From the NCBI GenBank assembly GCA_964016885.1, contig OZ024741.1:51522001-51586000 (forward strand): a stretch of DNA of 64,000 nt. The letters run 5' to 3'. The notes under the pieces were generated by a model. It did not search any database. It was given only the letters and a program-made list of their open reading frames with translations, and was not told the DNA's origin. A program made the position numbers and the translations under genes. Below are positions 37,106-49,759 of the stretch, one piece after another. The stretch is from Eledone cirrhosa (taxonomy: Eukaryota). The stretch's first letter is position 1, and each line of letters starts with the position of its first letter.

Positions 37106-37295
37106 GTACAGAAGCAGGAGATACCCATAGGTATAGAGACTGAACCTATTCTCTTGACTGTCATATATGGTAACCCACTCCAGTTCACTCATGCCTACTC
37201 CAAGTCCTTATCTATGGCTAACTTCAAACTTCTGGTCAGTCAACGGACTGGAATCCCAGTCAAGAAGATCAGCATCAAGAAACTTCAGCAAACAG
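37106..37295 (+). CDS. USP40: USP40 exon (VQKQEIPIGIETEPILLTV...)
   Basis: catag/gtaaat, phase 0 to 1. Resembles IQTGIDCEPLLLNV. Confidence 0.88.
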
Positions 37296-38063
37296 GTAAA
37301 TCTCTCTCTCTTATATATCCCTAAAATGGGTAACTGAACTTACCCATAATTTCTCTCCGAAAAACTTTTTTCCCTGTTTCTTCTTCTTCTCACCCTCTAT
37401 CTCCCTCTATCTTTCTATTCTTTATTTCATTCTATTTTCTGATGAAGGACTAATGTCTGAAACATGACCTTTTTCTCTTCTGTAGTAAGCATTAAACTAA
37501 TATATATATATATCATCATTGTACTGTATCGTTTTGCTGTGTTTTTCCATTTACTTTTTGCAGACACACACACATATATATGACTGAGGTTGTATATTGA
37601 ATCATATATGAAATGTTCATATAAACATTTTTGTAGCCACATTATGACTTTTAGAAGCAGTGATTTATTCACCACTATCTTAGCAAGCAAGGGAGAGCAC
37701 TCTGATCGCACTGTTTCTGGTCAGAGGGGCTAACTCTGCTTGGATGCTAAGATGAAAATAAGCTAAAAGCTTATAATATTTATGCTTATGAACATTGCCT
37801 GACAAAGCTCATTTGCATACAGAGCAAAAGCTGGCAGGCTCTGATTAATGAGAGGTTCTCATATATATATGTGTTTGATTTTTGATGAGTATCTCTTTGA
37901 AAGGAATTTTTATTGTATACTTTTCACTCACAGAAATAATCCCTTTGTTGCTAACAAAAGTACTAGTTCACTGAACTTTTCCCACCCAGATTTTATTCTA
38001 GCTACACAAGCTATACATATATACACATGCACATACACACATATAAATATATATATATATATA

Positions 38064-38241
38064 CACGAGGGGGTGCTGAAAAGTTCCAGGCTTTAAGGGT
38101 AGAACTGTTACCTTTACAAGGGAGGTATGACCGCTGCAATAAGTGTATGAATCTGTGAGGGGAATATGTTGAATAAAATCATAATTAACTGATTCTCCTG
38201 TATTTTCTTTTATGCAAAGCCGAGAACTTTTCAGCACCCCC

Positions 38242-38243
<2 letters not shown>
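38064..38243. mobile_element. mariner-type MITE whose right TIR is interrupted by an RTE-A 3' fragment (38244-38600, minus)
   Basis: TIR CACGAGGGGGTGCTGAAAAGTTC / GAACTTTTCAGCACCCCCTC; the remaining GTGTA appears after the RTE fragment. Confidence 0.75.
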
Positions 38244-38289
<46 letters not shown>

Positions 38290-38627
38290 CCGTTTACGTC
38301 CGTTCTCCCACGCTAGTAGACGGGTTGTCCTGTTGTGGGCAGTGTCTGGTCGGCTGATTTGGCTTGATTTATACAGCTGGATGCCCTTCCTAACACCAAC
38401 CTCATTTACAGTGAGTGCTGGGTGCTTTTTTGTGGCGCCTACACGTCCACTTTACAGTGTGGGCTGGGTGCTTTTTTGCCGTGGCACCTCCTCGACCACC
38501 TTGCAGTGGGGGGTGTGGGGGCATATTGTCTATATGCTTCAGCTTGTACCCATGGGAGGTCGGGTACTCTGTATTACTGCGTGACACCAGAGGTCACAGT
38601 CGTGTATATATATATATATATATATAT

Positions 38628-39044
38628 ATAGGAACGAGTAGGACCCCGACGGCTGAGCTCAAGCTGTTTCGATGGCTAATTCTGGACTAGGATATTAGAG
38701 ATTTAGTCCAGAATTAGCCGTTGAAACGGCTTGAGCTCAGCCGTTGGGGTCCTACTCGTTCCTATTACCCACTCTACTACCCTAAGTATTGAGTACTTTG
38801 GTGCGTTATGGTCCATCTGGTTCCTTACCACATTTCCTTCGTTATATATATATATATATATACATATATATACAGAGTAATCAATACTTAGGGTGGTAGA
38901 ATGGTTAATTGGAAAAGAGTCGGGACCTCGACGGCTGAGCTCCATCCATTTTGACAGCTAGATCCAAACTAAGCCACGTGGCTTAGTTCGGATCTAGCTG
39001 TCGAAATGGCCGGAGCTCAGCCGTTGAGGTTTTGACTATTTTCC
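38628..39044. repeat. Two related fold-back elements (38628-38765 and 38911-39044), probably Penelope pLTR derivatives
   Basis: About 60-bp near-perfect inverted arms. Each arm carries GAAAC...GAGCTC...GTC/GTT, and both share a TATTGAGTAC-type tail. Confidence 0.75.
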
Positions 39045-39391
39045 TATATATATATATATATATACTCACACACAAACGCATGTATGCATATATTCTTTTT
39101 CATAATCATTTTAATCATTCATGTTTTCCATATGCAGGAGGTAGCAATAAACTACCATGTTGTTATGGCCCAAAAAATAATTACAGGTTTCTCTATAGCT
39201 AGTTTGCTACATCCTTTGTGTTGTGGCGTTCAGCAAGATACTCTACCTCTATCTACTCTTTCCAACCATTAAATAACTCAGTACTCTAGGGTCTCAAATA
39301 CCCTCCACCCCTTGCTTATTATTTTTTCAGATATCCACCTAACCTCCATTTATTAAATTTTCCTAATCTATATCCTCTCTCTTGTTTCCAG

Positions 39392-39515
39392 GAAGCCAAG
39401 TGTCTGCTGTTGAGATGTGTTACAGCAACAATAACAACAACGAAGACCAAACCCTGTCTGCTCTTGGACTTACTGATGGAGATGAGTTAGTTGTGGAGGA
39501 TAGATTCTGCACTGG
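39392..39515 (+). CDS. USP40: USP40 exon (...EDQTLSALGLTDGDELVVED, ubiquitin-like motif)
   Basis: tccag/gtaact, phase 1 to 2. Confidence 0.85.
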
Positions 39516-40629
39516 GTAACTAACTATCCAATCTTTGTTTCCTTCTTCTGCTCTCCTCTACAATCTATATTATTATTTGGCTTGTGCCAGCCTACTCTCT
39601 TATATGTTTTTCACAGTTATGCTTTAAACCACCTGGATTGAAATCAAAGACACAATCAAATCATTTAGCATAATGAAATAAGTTCCAGTGTTATCATCAT
39701 TACCATTTAATGTGCATGTTTCCACCCTAGCATGGATTAGACGAGTTGTCCTGTTGTGAGACAAGCCAGATCAGACGACTGTCTTTTGCTCTTACAAGGT
39801 TGATTTTGGTTTGGTTTCTTCAGCTGGATGCCCTTCCAAATGCCAAACATATTTACAGTGTATACTGGGTGCTTTTTGTCATGACACCTACACGACCACT
39901 TTACAGTGAGAGCTAGGCACTTTTTGTTGCGATACCTACACGACCACTTTACAGTGTGAATTAGGCTTTTTTATTGTGTCGCTAACTCAACCACTTTACA
40001 GGGTGGACTAAGTGCACCAAATGTAATCTAAGAAACAATATTACGATGATCAGTAAATTCATACATCAAAATAGAAATAAGAAAATTTATAAAACGACTC
40101 TTTATATTCTGAGTTGAAATCCTGAAGTTGTCTTAAACATTAGATTTACCTATATTTTTGTCAGTGGTCTCCCTGACTAGGCGAGGATGATGGAGGGCAA
40201 CTTAGCAATATCACTATACCAACTATAACCTGTCCTGATTTAACAATCACTGCTCCCCATAATTCCTTCTCTCAGTTGTATTATTGTTAGATGATACTTG
40301 TATATAAAGCCACTACTGAGCCCCCATACAAAGCCCTCTTTATCCATGATTCTGTCCCCTATTAACTTTTCTGCTCCATACGGACCATACCCACCTACCC
40401 ATAATCCTCTCGCTCCCTATTAACTTCTCTTCCACACCAACTCCTCCTACCCCATAAATCTCTCTCCTCTGTATTAATTGCTCCTTTATCTCTATACAGA
40501 CATCCACAGTTTTCCCCACATCCAGTTCTAACTACCCCATACAGATGCAGTTATGCCTCCCTCCTCAATAATAACCTTTTTGTCTACATTTATCTCCCCT
40601 TTGTATAAAATTCTTCTCTCTATTTGCAG

Positions 40630-40699
40630 CCCTACTTTAACAGACTGGACTATAACAAAAAGAAGCAAGTTACTTGTATCTGTGGACTATTGCTGTCAT
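40630..40699 (+). CDS. USP40: USP40 exon (PTLTDWTITKRSKLLVSVDYCCH)
   Basis: tgcag/gtgagt, phase 2 to 0, which fits both neighbours. Confidence 0.72.
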
Positions 40700-42028
40700 G
40701 TGAGTTTCTCTGTTTCTTCAGTTAAATCAAACTGAAATAACTACCAGCTATTTCCTGTGGTTTGTCTAATACCTTCAGTCAATGCTAAACACTTAAGTTG
40801 AAATGTAGGCAACCAGTCTAGTAAAAACTGGTACAGAGTAGAGAGGACCCTTTGGTGCACTAAGAATATCTCTCTAGTGCTGGTTTCATGAATAAGGCAC
40901 TCTGTCCATGCTGTAAAGTGGTTGATGATAAGAAGGGAATCCAGTCGGTAAAAACTTGCCAAAACTCTGCAAAGTACAACACATAAATCTCTCACTAATA
41001 GTGTACAGGACTAACACTAGATATGTTAATGCTGGGTGTGGTTGTGGGGTGGCTGACTTAGCCATGTGCGGGAACCCCTCATCGAGCAATCGTACACCCT
41101 TATTGTTTTTTCCAGGTACAAAAGGACCAAATCAGCATTACCAGGTATCTTATCTCAGAGTTGCTACACTCAATGTGGCACACTGAAAGGTAGATCAGGT
41201 GAAATTGTGGAGTTGTTTGAGAGGCAACAAATGGATGCATGTTGTGTCGAGAAGGTGAGATGGAGAGGCACCTTTGCAAGAATTATCACAGGCAAGTAAC
41301 ATAGATATGTGACAAGTAGAGAGATGCTGTACTGAGAAGGACCCATCCAACCCATGCAAGTGTGGAACAATGGACGTAAAATGATGATGGCTGCAACTTG
41401 ATTTCAAGTAATGCTATCGCTTGATACTTAAGCACGAGCAGCATGGATGTGGCTTTTTAGTCCTATTAGGGACTTGCCTACAGCCAGCTATGCCAATGCA
41501 AAAGATGTCATATCAAGCAATGCCTGTGCTTGAAGCTTTTTTAAATGAGGAAAGGCTTTGCATGAGGCTAATCCCGAACGTCGAATGCATTTACCCCAAA
41601 AGAACTGATCTACATCATTGGATGCAAACGAAGTCGCAGGTTTTATATCAAGAGGGACCTTCTCCTAGAGAGAGGTCTTTATGAAGACTACAAGTCTCCA
41701 AGCTCCCCCCCCCCCCCCCCCCCCCGAAAATATCGCAGTGCATGCAAGTACTCACAGACCAAATACCCTGATTTCCCTTCAAATCATTAAATGGGAAATT
41801 AAAAAACATTGGCTCTGTTTCATGACAATAAAAAATATTGATCTACGATTTTTCAAAATTTGTTTCTAACAAAAGTTTTGTTGAATAATATTTGGTATTG
41901 CTTTCATAGTAATGATTTTCCAATCTATAATAGTTTATGAATTTTGTTATTTAATACCAATAGAAATTTTTGTTGTATGTTTGCAACTTCATTTTTTTTT
42001 CATTCTTTATTTAATTCCTGGTTGAAAG

Positions 42029-42076
42029 CAGCAAGGTGCATGTCAAAGTGTGGTGGTGGAGACAGACAAAGATATG
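42029..42076 (+). CDS. USP40: USP40 mini-exon (QQGACQSVVVETDKDM; alternative start 42032)
   Basis: aag/cag tandem acceptor, gtaagt donor, phase 0 to 0. Fills the gap expected before LVSEVKA. Confidence 0.65.
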
Positions 42077-42082
42077 GTAAGT

Positions 42083-42242
42083 ACATCCCTCATCCAGTCA
42101 CAACACCACACCTGTTATACCTTTTTCACAGCAGCCTTCAGATCAGCCACAGTTTTCCGTTTATCAATAACCAGTGACTGAAATGGTTGGTGGTTTTCAC
42201 AGGGATAAAGTGTTCCATCACGGTACTCATAGTAACAGGAAT
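42083..42242 (-). repeat. Inverted duplicate of USP40 exon 3' part plus donor and intron (31977-32139)
   Basis: The reverse complement matches 31977-32139 with 3 substitutions and one 3-bp indel. The ORF track shows SCYYEYRDGTLYPCENHQPFQSLVIDKRKTVADLKAAVKKV on the minus strand. Confidence 0.95.
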
Positions 42243-42998
42243 CTGTTAAATTGTTTCTTTGTTGCTTTATATTGTTACTGCTGCTGCTGTTGTCACAGCT
42301 CAAAACTTGTACAGGTTTCTGTAGACATGTATGAGATTACATCTCATAGGTGGTATCTTGGTTGTTTTAATGACATGTACTCCAGTTTAATCATGTCACC
42401 ATTTTTCTTGTAACTGGAGGTGAGATTTTAATTCAGAATGCACACAGCTAGAACAGATATCACAGTTTCATAAATCCATCACCCTGGACTTATATTTTAT
42501 TTATTGATTGTGAAAAAATGAAAGGCAAATATGACCTCAGTGGGATTTGAACTTAGCACAGAGACTTGGAACAAATACTGCAAGGCATTTGATCTGCTGT
42601 TTTTTCAACTTTGCCTATTTTCTGCCTCTCTATATTGTATGAAGGAGTGATGCTAACGCTGTGAAATCTTGCATGCATTAATTTAAACACTTATTAACTG
42701 CATTGTTTCTTTCCACGAAATATGTTGTAAAATAAACCTCATTTGGTCATTCCATGAGAGTATCTTGTCAGCCTATGAACTTTTCTGTTGATGATAGACC
42801 TTTCCTTTTGTGATAATAATAATATTGTAGAATAGGGAGACAGTCAAGTTTGTAGCCTATTTCCCGTATTTGTTGCAGCCTTCATTTATGTCATTAAGTG
42901 TAATTAAATTGTTTGAAACAATTAAGTCCTCACTTTCGTCTTCACTTATCGCCCCTTGCTCCTCACTCTCGTTTCATATAATCCACTCCACTCCACAG

Positions 42999-43107
42999 CT
43001 GGTATCTGAGGTGAAAGCCATTACTTTGATCAAATTAGGAATTAATAAACCTCAAGATGAAACCTGCCTCTCCATTGAGAAAGATCTGTCTAGCAGAAAA
43101 CTACCCT
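42999..43107 (+). CDS. USP40: USP40 exon (LVSEVKAITLIKLGINKPQDETCLSIEKDLSSRKLP)
   Basis: cacag/gtaagt, phase 0 to 1. Confidence 0.82.
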
Positions 43108-43569
43108 GTAAGTACCATCTGTTGAGTTTCTACATCTGTGTCTATAAGAAAGTGAGAGAGAGAGATGCTCTTATTTACCTAATGCACTATAAACGTCACT
43201 TCTATACATACTCTTGGCTCTCTCTCAAATAAACCCCCCCCCCCCCCACACACACACACATTTTATTTTGCTAATCTATCTACGCAAAATTTTATTTTAC
43301 CTCATAGCAATAACACTCCTGCAACAATTAATTTTTTTTAAAGATTAAAAAACATTATACATGACAAAAAAAACTACATTATTAGAAATCCCATATGTTA
43401 TAAAATAAATAGTATGGTTTGGGATCTCAATATGTAAACTAGAAAAATTACCAATTCCCTCTTCACCCCATTATTTGGGTAATGACTAAAAGATAATAGA
43501 GTACAATTTTGAATACAAGTGGCCGAAATGGGCTTCCTCCAAAGGGTCTTTGAAGTAACGTTACACAAT

Positions 43570-43887
43570 GGAGGCACATGGCTTAGTGGTTAGAGCATTG
43601 GGCTTGCAATCGAAAGGTTGTGAGTTCAATTCTCAGACCGGGTGATGTGTTGTTTCCTTGAGCAAGACACTTTATTTCACATTGCTCCAGTTTACTCAGC
43701 TGTAGAAATGAGATGATAGGGACTGCAAAGTGATCGTGGAGGTGCCACGGCAAAAAGCACCCAGCACTCACTGTAAATGAGGTTGGTGTTAGGAAGGGCA
43801 TCCAGCTGTAGAAATCAAGTCAGAATCAGTTCCCGTCCCACCCTTGCAAGCAAGGAAAAGCGGACGTAAAATGATGATGATGATGAT
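43570..43887 (+). mobile_element. tRNA-head/CORE-like SINE with RTE tail
   Basis: Near identical to 11106-11423. Confidence 0.88.
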
Positions 43888-44501
43888 AGAGTGCGTAGCT
43901 CGGAGAGTCACTCCACATAGAGTTTCTACTTCCCGAATTGAGAGATCACAGCTTCAATACTATGGGCATGTGGTTAGACTGTCTTAGCAAAGAATTGCTG
44001 GACAGATTTTTCGAGCAAAACCAACTGGCAGAAGACCCAGAACAAGATGATTGGATAATATCTATGAGTTTGGCTGGTCTAGCTTGGGGATCCAGTCAGA
44101 TCAGTTGGAGATGGTTGCTTCTGACAGGACCTGCTGGAAGGAGTGATTGAGGACTCTACTCCTACGAGCCTCTCAGGAATAAGTGAGTGAAGAAGAAGAG
44201 TAACTTGTATAGATGTGAAGTTTTACAGTGCTTTTAGATTTAGCTTGAAGCCTTAGTTGTCTCTTTTGTTCCAAACTGTGTGTATGAACATTAGAGTTAG
44301 CCAGAGAAATGATGCCTTACTACTGTGGAGCTTTGGTATGATGATGTACCGGGCAGAACCAAGCTTTTAATAGAAACCTGGCTACACTGCCCTCCTCTCT
44401 CTTCTCACATACACACTTTCTCCCTCCCCACCCCTTACATCTCTCTCCCCTATCTTCCCTTCCCTCTGTATCTAAAAGTTAATCCAACTTTGCTGTTCCA
44501 G

Positions 44502-44593
44502 TGTGGGGAGAAGACATGATCCGGAATGTTCTGGTTGGTAGTAGTGATCAGCAGCTCTTCCTGGAAGATAAACCACAGCTACGCAGAAATGAG
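44502..44593 (+). CDS. USP40: USP40 exon (WGEDMIRNVLVGSSDQQLFLEDKPQLRRNE)
   Basis: tccag/gtaagt, phase 1 to 0. Confidence 0.8.
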
Positions 44594-45549
44594 GTAAGTA
44601 TACTACTATTACTACTACTACTACTGCTGCTGCTACTAGATTTCACAGCTCTAGCATCACTCCTTCATAGACTGACCATGGTTCTCTCATGGAATGACCA
44701 AATGAAGTATATTTTTCAACATAGTCCCTGAAAGAGACAATGCAGTTATAAATAAGAAGAGTTGAAATTAATTTATGCAAGATTTCACAGCTCTAGCAGC
44801 ACTCCTTCGTAGTCAGCCTATGAACTTTTCAGCCGACCCTCGTATATATCCATTGGTTTTGGGCAGAGTGCTCAACAATATATTAAAGTTTAGTATTTAA
44901 GGCTGATCATGTTGCCTGTTATACAGGTATTTCCCCCAACATGTGGCCAGTTTCTCAGATCTACTGAGTTAATGTCTGTTTGTGTGTGTGTGTGTGCTTG
45001 TAACCAGCCACACATTAGGAATACAAGAGTACCAGGCAGCTGAAACAACTTTAATTTTAATAATGGTCCAGCCTGCAAGGTGGTAGTGATGCTGGTGTCA
45101 TGACAAAAATTGGTAGTGCTGGTGCCAAAACCAAAATCACCCAGTCTACCTTGTAAAGTGGTAGTGTTGGTGCCAAAACCAAAATCACCCAGTCCACTGT
45201 GAAAGGTGGTAGTGTTGGTGCCACAACAAAACTCTTCCTGTCTTCTCTGTTAAGTGGTAGTGCTGGTGCCACAACAAAACTCTCCCTGTCCACCCTGTAA
45301 GGTAGTAATGCTGGTGTCATGACAAAAAAAACCCACCCAACAACCCTGTAAGGTGGTAGTGCTGATGCTGCAACTATGTTGAAAAATAAACCTTTGGTCA
45401 TTCCATGAGAGTATTTTCGTCAGCTTATGAACTTTTCAACTGACCCTTGTATGAGCATGAATGCATGTGTATGTGCGTGCGAGCCTGTGTGTGTGTGCAT
45501 ACACTTGTATGACTAATGTATAAATTATGATGTGTATTTTAAATTTCAG

Positions 45550-45682
45550 ATTACTGTTTTTGTTGGATTGGGTCCCAGTTTGAGCCCTACTAAGCCTGAT
45601 TTGGAACTAACTTTAACAAAAGATGAAACTATAGAAGGTTGTATTGGATATATAGTATCGAAATGGGATGCCTATCTACCTG
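45550..45682 (+). CDS. USP40: USP40 exon (ITVFVGLGPSLSPTKPDLELTLTKDETIEGCIG...)
   Basis: ttcag/gttagt, phase 0 to 1. Confidence 0.82.
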
Positions 45683-46353
45683 GTTAGTATATCATGCAGT
45701 TTCTATTGTGAGCAAGGGTCTTCTGGGTTGTTTCCAATCCCATCTGTACTTCTCTAGTTACTGATACCTGACATTGGAACAAGTGGTGGTATGGGTGGTG
45801 ATGTGAGTAGTGGTGTGGATGCTGGTATGAGTAGTGGTTGGTGTGGTGGGTGGTGATGTGGGTAGTGATGTAGGTAATGATGGTGGTAGATGGTATGGGT
45901 AATGTGAGTAACCTTTGATCAGGTCTCCCCACCTGCATTTGTTCTGCCTCTTTATGCTCTGTATTCAAATTCCACCAAGTTTAACTTTACCTTTCATCCT
46001 TTTGGGCTCTCTAAAATAGTACCAGTCTTGTACTGAGGTTTATTTAATCCACTAACTTTTCCCTCCTAAATTTCTAGTCTTGTGTCAATGTAAGAAACAG
46101 TTATTATTATTGTTGGGCGGTGGATTGGCAGTATCGGTAGAGAGTCGGACGCCATGCTTTCATGCAGAGTTACGGCTCTTTCCATTCTGAGTTCAAATCC
46201 CGCCGAGGTTAACTTTACCTTACATCCTTACGGGGTCGATAAAATAAAGTACCAGTAATGCACTGGGTAATTGCTGGCCTTGTGCCAAAAGTAGAAACAA
46301 TTGTTGTTGTTGTTGCTGTGTTTTCTGATCTTGTTTATGTTTGTCTTTTCCAG

Positions 46354-46493
46354 TGGAAGGTTGGCATTTACGAAAGGTGTCATGGTGTGGTGAGCCCTCC
46401 ACGGTATTGAACCAGATGAGGGCAAGTCTAGAAAATTGTCAGGTAAACCATGGAGACAGACTGCTGTGTGAACGAGGCAAACTGCCACAGAAG
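46354..46493 (+). CDS. USP40: USP40 exon (EGWHLRKVSWCGEP...GDRLLCERGKLPQK)
   Basis: tccag/gtaaaa, phase 1 to 0. Resembles AWHLRKMDWCYE...GDTLLLIEGQLPP. Confidence 0.92.
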
Positions 46494-46755
46494 GTAAAAC
46501 TGATTCATTTTTGGTTGGTGGCCCTTAATTTGAGAATGGGTGGGTGGGGGTGCTAGTTGTTGTGGTAAAACAGGTAAATGGGGTAGTGATGTAGATGGGG
46601 ATTAGATGGGTTAATGGAAGGTAGATTGAATAGTGAGATGGGTAGGTTGGATAGTTAGGATAGTTGGATGGGTAGATGGGGTAGTTGGAGCAATGCAGTG
46701 GGTAGATTAGGTAATGAGGTAAGTAGATGAAGTAGTGCTATGGATAGATGATAGT

Positions 46756-46799
<44 letters not shown>

Positions 46800-47329
46800 A
46801 TAATTAAGATGAAGGTGGTTGTGTAGGCATCAGGACAAAAAGCACCCAGTACTCACTGTAAATGAGGTTGCGCTCGGAAGAACATCCAGCTGTAGAAATC
46901 AAGCCCAAATCAGTTCTTTATGAGCATGACATGGTCACCTGACCTAGCATTGCTCACAACAGGATAACTCATGCTAGTGTGGAAAAATTGACGTTAAATG
47001 GTGATGATGAAGGTTATGAGAGAGAGAGAGAATGGTGTAGAGAGAGTTAGATGTTACAAACAAAAAGAGAGAGAGGTAGAGAAGAGAGATGGAGAGAGTA
47101 GTATACTAGAGATGTAGAGAGAAAAGTGCACTAGCGATGTAGAGAGTGATACCAAGGTAGAAAGAGAGCTAAAGAAAGATGTTGCTGATGGAACTAAAAT
47201 GCAGAGGTAGACAATGAAAGGAATCATTGAATCAATAGCAGGGGAGGGGGGGGGGGGCATGTCGTGAAGAGAGGTGCTTCACAATCATGTGCGTCTAGAT
47301 TTGATTTCACTTAGGGCAAATGAGAGTGA

Positions 47330-47915
47330 GTGAAGTTGGCTAAGAACGGAGCCTTGGTGGACCCCACTTGCATGCTAAACTCATCACTATAATCATTATT
47401 AATTCTAATCTTGCTGATTGTTCTTCTGTACATGTCTTTTACTGTTCTCACAAGCCACTCATCTATATTTTTTAAGCTCCCACCAGATTATGAAACGGAC
47501 TGTTAAACGCTTTCTCCAGGTCAACAAATGCCAAGTAGTGGGGGCTTACTTTTAGTTAGGTACTTTTGCAGTTGCCTCGCAAGGAAGAAAGCATCTGTGG
47601 AACTTTTACCTGGCACAAATCCGAACTACATCTCATTTAGGTTAATTCAATCCCTAGTCCTCCCTGTAACTTTCATGACCTAGTCCATCAATTTGATACC
47701 TTAATAGTTTCCTCAGTCTAGTACATCTCCTTTTCCCTTGTAACAGTTGACAATGATGCTGCTATACCAGTCATTGGGTGTGACACCATTTTGTATTACT
47801 TGGTTTACGATACAGGTGGTTAATGTGTGTCCTACCATCCCAGATGTTTTCAGCATCTCAGCAACTATTCCCGAAGGTCCAGCTGCTTTGCCTCTCTTCA
47901 TATCCTTAATTATCT
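47330..47915 (-). mobile_element. Degenerate internal RTE RT fragment
   Basis: IKDMKRGKAAGPSGIVAEMLK...NCYKGKGD, decaying through to the GVHQGS region. Confidence 0.8.
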
Positions 47916-48163
47916 TAATTATATATATATATAGCCTGTCCCTCCTCATAATTGGTTCCATCCAGTTCCACACTGGATGGAACCAATTATGAGGTGTTAA
48001 GAAGGGCATCCAGCTGTAAAATCCTAGCCAAATTTACAGTTCTGTCTGGGCAATGTACGGTGCGGCCAACTGGCCAGATTTACTTCACGACAAGGGCAAC
48101 CCGTCTAACTCATGCAAACATGGAAATTTAAGGGATGGTGTTGATGATATATATATATATATA

Positions 48164-48468
48164 TCATCATTTCATCATCATTTCATTTTACGTCCGCTTT
48201 TTCCCTGCTTGCAAGGGTGGGACGGGAACTGATTCTGGCTTGATTTCTACAGCTGGATGCCCTTCCTAACACCAACCTCATTTACAGTGAGTGCTGGGTA
48301 CTTTTTTTTTGCCGTGGCACCACCACGACCACTTTGCAGTGGAATGATATGGACCCCAGTACCTATCATCTCATTTCTACAGCTGAGTAAACTGGAGCAA
48401 TGTGAAATAAAGTGTCTTGCTCAAGGAAACAACACATCACCCGGTCTGAGAATTGAACTCACAACCTC
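48164..48468 (-). mobile_element. tRNA-head/CORE-like SINE with RTE tail (5'-truncated)
   Basis: Matches 7013-7348. Confidence 0.85.
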
Positions 48469-48499
48469 TCGATATATATATATAGTTTTAATATAGATG

Positions 48500-48550
48500 A
48501 GATTCTACAGGACTAGAACTGTTTCATTCTTTAGAAATCATCAGGAATCT
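48500..48550 (-). ncRNA. Type I hammerhead ribozyme motif
   Basis: Minus strand AGATTC CTGATGA T-TTC-TAAA-GAA-T GAAA CAG-TTCTAGTC-CTG TA^GAATCT: 6-bp helix I, helix III with a CTAG palindrome in the loop, GUA cleavage triplet. Helix II is short and closed by U-U. Confidence 0.7.
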
Positions 48551-49671
48551 GGGTATTCAAAAATAAAAGTGGTATATATAGGTCTTTTCAGGTGGTAGGA
48601 GAGGGTGGGGAGTGGGATGGGTAGAGGTCATTGGTTGCTAGAAAAGGGAATTCATTAAAAGCTAATTCTTTAAAGCTATAATTTATATTTAGAGTGACAA
48701 AGGCAGAAAGAATTCTATAAACTATATATATATATATAAAAGCATGCTTTCATAATTTTTAAAATAATGATGCAGCCTCAGAAAAAGTGGGAAGTTGGGA
48801 CACTGATGCCTTGCCACATTCTGAAGTGGAGATTATGTCAGTGGAACATCACTAGCTGAAATTTGCAACTCTTGTCACTCAGATACCCCAGCTCACTGAG
48901 AAATTTTCATTTCACCATATTTGTTGGCACTGTTAATGATAGAAGAAAAACAGCCTTATTATGTTATTGAAGAAAAAAAAAATGTATAACTCACACCTAT
49001 GCAAGTTTGGCTGACCTCCTACAAGGTTACATGTCATAGGTTTCTTGAGTATTTTAATGATAGGGTCCCAAGTTCTATCATGTGGAATAAAGTGTCTTGT
49101 TGAAGAACAATATGTACCTCCCAGTTTAGAAATTGAACTCATAACATTAGATCATTCATTAACCCCAATCCCTCCAGTATGCCTTTAATACTGCAGATCT
49201 TCTCTGAAAGGCATTCCTGGCATGGCCATCCCATTTTTTGTTTCAATAGTGTATCTCTAACAAAATTATGCAATATGCCTTCCAGATTTTTAAATCACAC
49301 CCCACTTCCACAGTGGGGTGTGATTTAAGGGAAATTTGGTGCTACTTCTAGCAAGTCAAAATACAACATAAAGGCTCCCCAGTGGTCGGGTGTGAGGGCA
49401 ATTTGGTACTACTTTTAGCAAGTCAAAATACAACATAAAAGCTCCTCAGTGGTGTGGTGTGGTTTGAGGGCAATTTGGTGCTACTTCTAGCAAGTCAAAA
49501 TACAACATAAAGGCTCTCCCAGTAGTGGGGTGTAGTTTGAAGGCAATTTGGTACTACTTCTAGCAAGTCAAGCTACAACATAACGGTTCTCCCAATGATT
49601 GTGTTCAGTTGAAGCTATTGTTACATGTCTGCATGACTCCATTATCTCTCTGTGTGTTTGTTTCATTACAG

Positions 49672-49759
49672 GGTAACATCCAGATCTCTGCCTGGTTATT
49701 TCCCCCTGTCAGTGAAGAGGAAGCAGGAGTGTTGTCTTGGATCACCACCACATTTCAAA
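49672..49759 (+). CDS. USP40: USP40 exon (GNIQISAWLFPPVSEEEAGVLSWITTTFQ)
   Basis: tacag/gtatgt, phase 0 to 1. Confidence 0.82.

Noticed and set aside
41116-41300. Candidate USP40 exon after ttttttccag
   Set aside because: It translates as a degenerate RTE endonuclease start (LRVATLNV...KGRSGEIVE).
42115-42303. Second USP40 paralogue on the minus strand
   Set aside because: Only one partial exon is copied, and no other inverted exons were seen.
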